Source: Felis catus (taxonomy: Eukaryota). From it: a DNA stretch of 64,000 nt. The position numbers and the translations under genes are program-made. The notes beneath the pieces were generated by a model. It ran no database searches. It was not told the origin of the DNA and was given only the letters and a program-made list of their open reading frames with translations. Positions 59,511 through 64,000 of this stretch are shown here, one piece after another (positions within the stretch are counted from its first letter, which is position 1; each line of letters starts with the position of its first letter). The stretch covers positions 98,892,001 through 98,956,000 of the forward strand of contig NC_058368.1 of assembly GCF_018350175.1 (NCBI RefSeq). Reading direction: 5' to 3'.

Positions 59511-62303
59511 CCAAATGACATGACAATGACACTACTTATTTTGGCACAAAGCATAGTGGCCCGTCCACAGAAAATCTGTGTATTTTATTTAGGCTCACTT
59601 ATGTGTTAGGAGGAAGTTGACAGCCTCTCACAGAGGAGTCCACAAGCGTGGACTGCATGTGGTGATCATGATGGCCCGTCTTCCATCTGGCTGTGGGACA
59701 GTGACAATGCCCTAGGACTATGATCTAGTGAAAAATCACTTTCAAGTTCTCCCACCTCTCCAAACCCCAGCCAATTCAATTCAAGTGATATTTATGAGCT
59801 ACTCTGAGTCATATTATGCTCACTTTGGAAGTGTAGCCAGGCAGATGTCCAGGTTGCTCATGGCCCTGTTAAATCTTAAGCAGAGACTGTATCATTCAAC
59901 TTAAAAGAAGCAATTAAACATGATATATTACAAAAGGCAAACTAGGAAGAAACAAAAGAAGCACCCAGTAATTGATGGTCGAGGGTGATGTTATCCAGGA
60001 CCGAAGTTCTCTTTGCAGGGATGGCATTTGTGGTGCTAATCTGCACAGTGAGAAGGCTTACAGGCAGCTGGTAAAATAAAAGTAGTAAAGGTGGGCCATC
60101 ATGCTCAGAGCTTCGGGTTCCAAATGAGAGTTTGTCTTAGGGATTTGAGTAAAAATGTGAGACAGCAAGTGAGTGGAGTAAGGATCCTATTACCAGGCTA
60201 GGATTTATCATGAATGTTCTATCAGGCTTCTTTGTTGGAAGAACCTTGAGGAACCCAACCATCTTGCTTTGGTCCTCATTCTCCCTCAGGTCCCATCAAT
60301 AAAGTTGCTTTTCCTGAGCTCCTTTTTCTATCCCAGTTAGCCCCCCTCCCACTTTTTTTTTTTTCTGTGCAAAGTTTTCTAGATGTCAGGCTGATTAGGG
60401 CATTGTTCAGCTGATGCAGGCCTGGTCAGATCTTCCTCTCGCTTCCCTCCCCTTGGTGAACTTGGACATATTGGGTAATACTGTCATTCTGAATACTGCA
60501 TGAGACGTCTAGGCTGTGAGAAACAGACAGCTGCGAGGTTACTGAGGAAGAAGACACTTCCAGATACACATGGTCCCAGGGTACCCTCCAGCTCTCTCAG
60601 CAGTGCTTATTAGTGATGTCAAGGGAGTTTGCAAGGAAATGTGTTTGCTAGGTTTAACTTTACTGTTACTACTCTAAACAGCAAGGAAATCTCCTGAGTC
60701 CTGAGTACCGAGAGCACTGTATTCGTATATGGGACGTGCATCTCGTATTGATTATACATTAAAAATTGGGATATAGTCATGGAGTCTCGGTAAGATGCTA
60801 GATAATGGAAGAAGTTAATATATTTCCCACTTTCTTTTTCATTTTTTAGACTCTTGGTTTCTTCATACATTAAAACCTCACTGTGAAGAATATTATAAAT
60901 CTTGTTAATTATATGGCAAAACAACATACAGAGATGATTAAAGACCAATACAAAAATAATTGCACATGATTTCATTTGGAGAAGGAACAGGTTAGAGACA
61001 GATTGACAAATAACTATCAAATGTGTGAAAAATCCTTACAAAAAAGATGACTGAATAGTTAGCTTCCACGAGGACCAAGTAAATTGGCTTAATTAGGCTT
61101 TATTAAACAGATTTGTTTTTTTACTGAAAGGAGAAATCTTCCTAATGGTGTGTACTTTACTAAACTTTGAGGTTTTAATCTTTTCCTGTCTTCTATTGAT
61201 TTTTTTTTTCTATGTGGTTTCTTCCATCCAGAAGCAGAAGCAGCAGTTGTGGAAATTTGTGTTCTGCTCCTGTTCAGAGTGATGACATTAATAATATGTC
61301 ATAGCAAGGATAAATAAAATCTGATAAATTAGAAGCGTGGTGCATGTATATGATTCTCAAAACTCTCCCCAAATTAACAGAATAAATTTTAATTTTCAAA
61401 ATTGGGTATTTGTTTGATAATTAACTAAATTTACAAAAGAATATTTACTTTATAGAAAATATTAACCCAGGACAAAGTTTGGCTCATTTGATAATCATTG
61501 GCTAGTCATCAATTGGGATTTTGTATGAAGGATGTTAAGGCACCTGCTAAGGGTAGGAAATACTGTAAAGTGTACCTATCAGGAAAACTCCTTGAGGCCA
61601 AAGCATGGAATCTGAGTGAGCATCCATCTGGTTGCCTCTTAAAATAATGCTTGATCAAACTCATCACCCTGGAATCCCGAATGCAGAGTTTAGGGCATGA
61701 AAATAAGAGCAGGCTCTTACCTAATGGCTTTCCAAATAATTGACCTTTGTATAGTCTCATTCCTTGAAGAGCTGTTCCATTTCTTCCAGTGATACTTGCA
61801 CTTCTGTATTGCTTTCACAGCCCACGTGTGTATCTTTCATGGCTGCTTTAACTAAATATAAGAAACAGACTTGGGAGCACTGTTGTCAGAAATACTCTTT
61901 AAATTTCTGTTCTTATGGTGAAAAAGCCTTTCTATTTTGCCTAATAGCTGTAATTAACAGTAAAAATGAATGTTTACCATAGTTCAATAGTTAAAATTTG
62001 CAAAGGGGAAGTAATTGAATCCATTAAACACATCATTTTCATCATCAAATATAAAAGGTGTAAATCCAGGTGTTCTGTTAAAGGCTAAGAATTAAAAGAG
62101 AACAACATGATTTTCTCATTCCACATATTATTATGGAAGTTTTCTAAGCAAGCTTGTAACATATAAAAATGAAGGTCTACTAAGACCAACAAAACAATAC
62201 AAACAAAAAATACTGTCTTCTCATTTATTGGCATTTAAGTAAACACACGGTCTATAAAGTGGACTCTCTTAAAATCTTGGCTTTAGACACTACTTTTGGT
62301 GTG

Positions 62304-62517
62304 TTTTTTTAAAAAAAATGTTTATTTATTTATTTTTAAGAGAGCACGCACACAAGCGGGAGAAGGGCAGAGAGAGGGAGAGACAGGGGGAGAGAGAGAG
62401 AATCCCAAGCAGGCTCCTCACTGCCAGTGCAGAGTCTGATGCGGGGCTCAAACCCACACACTGGGAGATCATGACCTGACTGAAGTCAAATGCTTCACCA
62501 AGCCATTGAGGCACCCC
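62304..62517 (-). mobile_element. Can-SINE (older subtype)
   Basis: Antisense SINE; TSD TA(G/A)ACACTACTTTTG. Confidence 0.95.
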
Positions 62518-62529
62518 TAAACACTACTT

Positions 62530-62700
62530 TTGTGATCCTCAGAAAGATATTTAACCTACTTTGCATCAGTTTTTTTCATCTATAAAATAGGGATGATAAT
62601 TACATGTACTTCATATGGTTTTTTGAATTGAGTTAAAACATGTATACACTTACATACTGACATTGCCTGGCATATACTCAGTGCTCGATACATATTAGAT
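62530..62700 (+). mobile_element. MIR
   Basis: ATTTAACCT..CATCAGTTTTTTTCATCTATAAAATAGGGATGATAAT..TGCCTGGCATATACTCAGTGCTCGATA. Confidence 0.85.
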
Positions 62701-62879
62701 TAAAATGTGTAGCTTTTATTTACAAAGCACAGAAATATTTTAAGTTGGTCTAAACTTGGTGTAAAATAAGTTAACAGAAGTCAAGAATAAATCCACACAG
62801 TGATCTAAGACCACGTCTCTCTAGGCCTTCGATGCTTATCATTCTGGCCATAAAGAGGTCTTCACACAATGAACAAGTT

Positions 62880-64000
62880 CTGAATCCCAGACCTCCTATT
62901 CTCAGTCAACAGAGGTCAAGGTGGTAAACCATACATTTATGCCTTCTTACACCACCCTTCAACCCCCCACATTTATAGCCTTGTTGTTTCTATTTGGCTT
63001 AAATCCAGAACAAGTAACGCCATTAAACCCTCTACTCCCCTTTGTACAGTTAGCACCAGGAACTCATGCTTCTTGGTCCTTTCACCTCACTGGTTCTAAA
63101 CACCCTTTCTACCTGCCGTTCCCTTCCTTTGTTAAACTCTTCCTTAGCTTCCAAAAACCCTTCTACTGTGTTCTCTGGAACTCATAATCCATTATCAGCA
63201 TAATATAATGGGTTTTTAAACTCTTCTCTGAACATACTTTTGCTTTCTAGCTCTTAAAAAACCTAGGGTCTTCCTTAAAAACTCTATTTCCCCTGTAGCT
63301 TTTAATCAGTGTCTGCTTTTTCATCCCTAACTGGGCTTTGACACTGGCCTTTAAGGTGAGGTTGTGTCACCTCTACTTTTCATGGTGGTTTTCAGACCAT
63401 TTTGGATGATTCCCTTATGCTCTTCTCTAAGCACCCCCACCATCAAGGTTTAAACCTCATGATAACAGATTTATTACCCACTACCTTTCCTTGTTTCTGG
63501 CATTTGCCTGTGCCTTGGTCATTCTCCCTTCATTTCTCGGAGATTTAGCTCTCAGCTCTTTGTCATTATCAATACCTCTTCCATTTTAACTTGTGGCAGT
63601 GTGAATATTCATGGATTCATAGATAAATCTTCCAGCACCTTGCTCCCTCCATTTCTTGAGCATCTCTTCTTTTGACCTCCCTTTTTCCTGAGCTCTTTAT
63701 TCCCTAGCCATATGCTAGACCTTATTTTTACCCCACGTTACGCATTATTCCTCTTTATTTCCTATATTTCATTTCTCTTTCCCCAGCTCCCCTTTGTAGT
63801 ACTCACTACTCACTCTTAACACCCCATTTGCTTCATTCACTTGAAATAATAGGCATTCACACTCTCAGCAACTTAACCCATATTACATAGCTCAAATTAC
63901 TTGCTTAATCATTAGAAACCTTCCTTTTGGTAAACCCTCAGCTCTCTTGGTCTTCTGTTATTTCATTAGCTAGTTGGGTTCAGCTGCAGCTATGGTTAAA
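62880..64000 (+). mobile_element. L2 internal (ORF) fragment
   Basis: C/T-rich decayed L2 body: CCCTTCTACTGTGTTCTCTGGAACTCA, AAACTCTTCTCTGAAC, GGTCATTCTCCCTTCATTTCT. Confidence 0.7.

Noticed and set aside
4335..62514. Recurring peptides such as MAQSVK..SAQVMIS..SPASGSVLTAQSLEPASD that look like a gene family
   Set aside because: All are Can-SINE readthroughs, not genes
890..62517. tRNA-like A/B box sequences
   Set aside because: They are tRNA-derived SINE heads followed by (CT)n and A tails; no stand-alone tRNA gene seen

Overview
This is AT-rich, CpG-depleted mammalian genomic DNA from a feliform carnivore, most likely a felid. The assignment rests on about 36 tRNA-derived Can-SINEs of the SINEC_Fc type and two cat-type L1 3' ends. 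The window looks intergenic or deep-intronic. I found no recognisable protein-coding exon, RNA gene or prokaryotic-type system. Many supplied ORFs read through SINEs, decayed L1/L2 or microsatellites, and none of the rest gives a recognisable protein. The content is layered transposon debris: L1MC1, L1MC3, L1ME, L1MB and L1MA-type LINEs, L2, L3/CR1, MIR, MaLR and ERVL LTRs, Tigger2a, MER20, MER58, MER115 and a possible old hAT transposase remnant. Repeat family names come from recalled consensus sequences, not from a database search. The most interesting spot is ~49.3-50.7 kb. There an old L1 5' region (minus strand) sits directly against an L1 3' end. One copy of its ~345-bp internal repeat has kept a dense CpG cluster with a perfect TCTCGCGAGA (BANP/ZBTB33) palindrome, followed by YY1-like motifs, a perfect CAG|GTGAGT donor and a G4/GC-box. 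This is a candidate exapted L1 antisense promoter and first exon. Other items are a 16-bp minisatellite between head-to-head SINEs, two RFX X-boxes and candidate orphan exons. All functional interpretations are inference.
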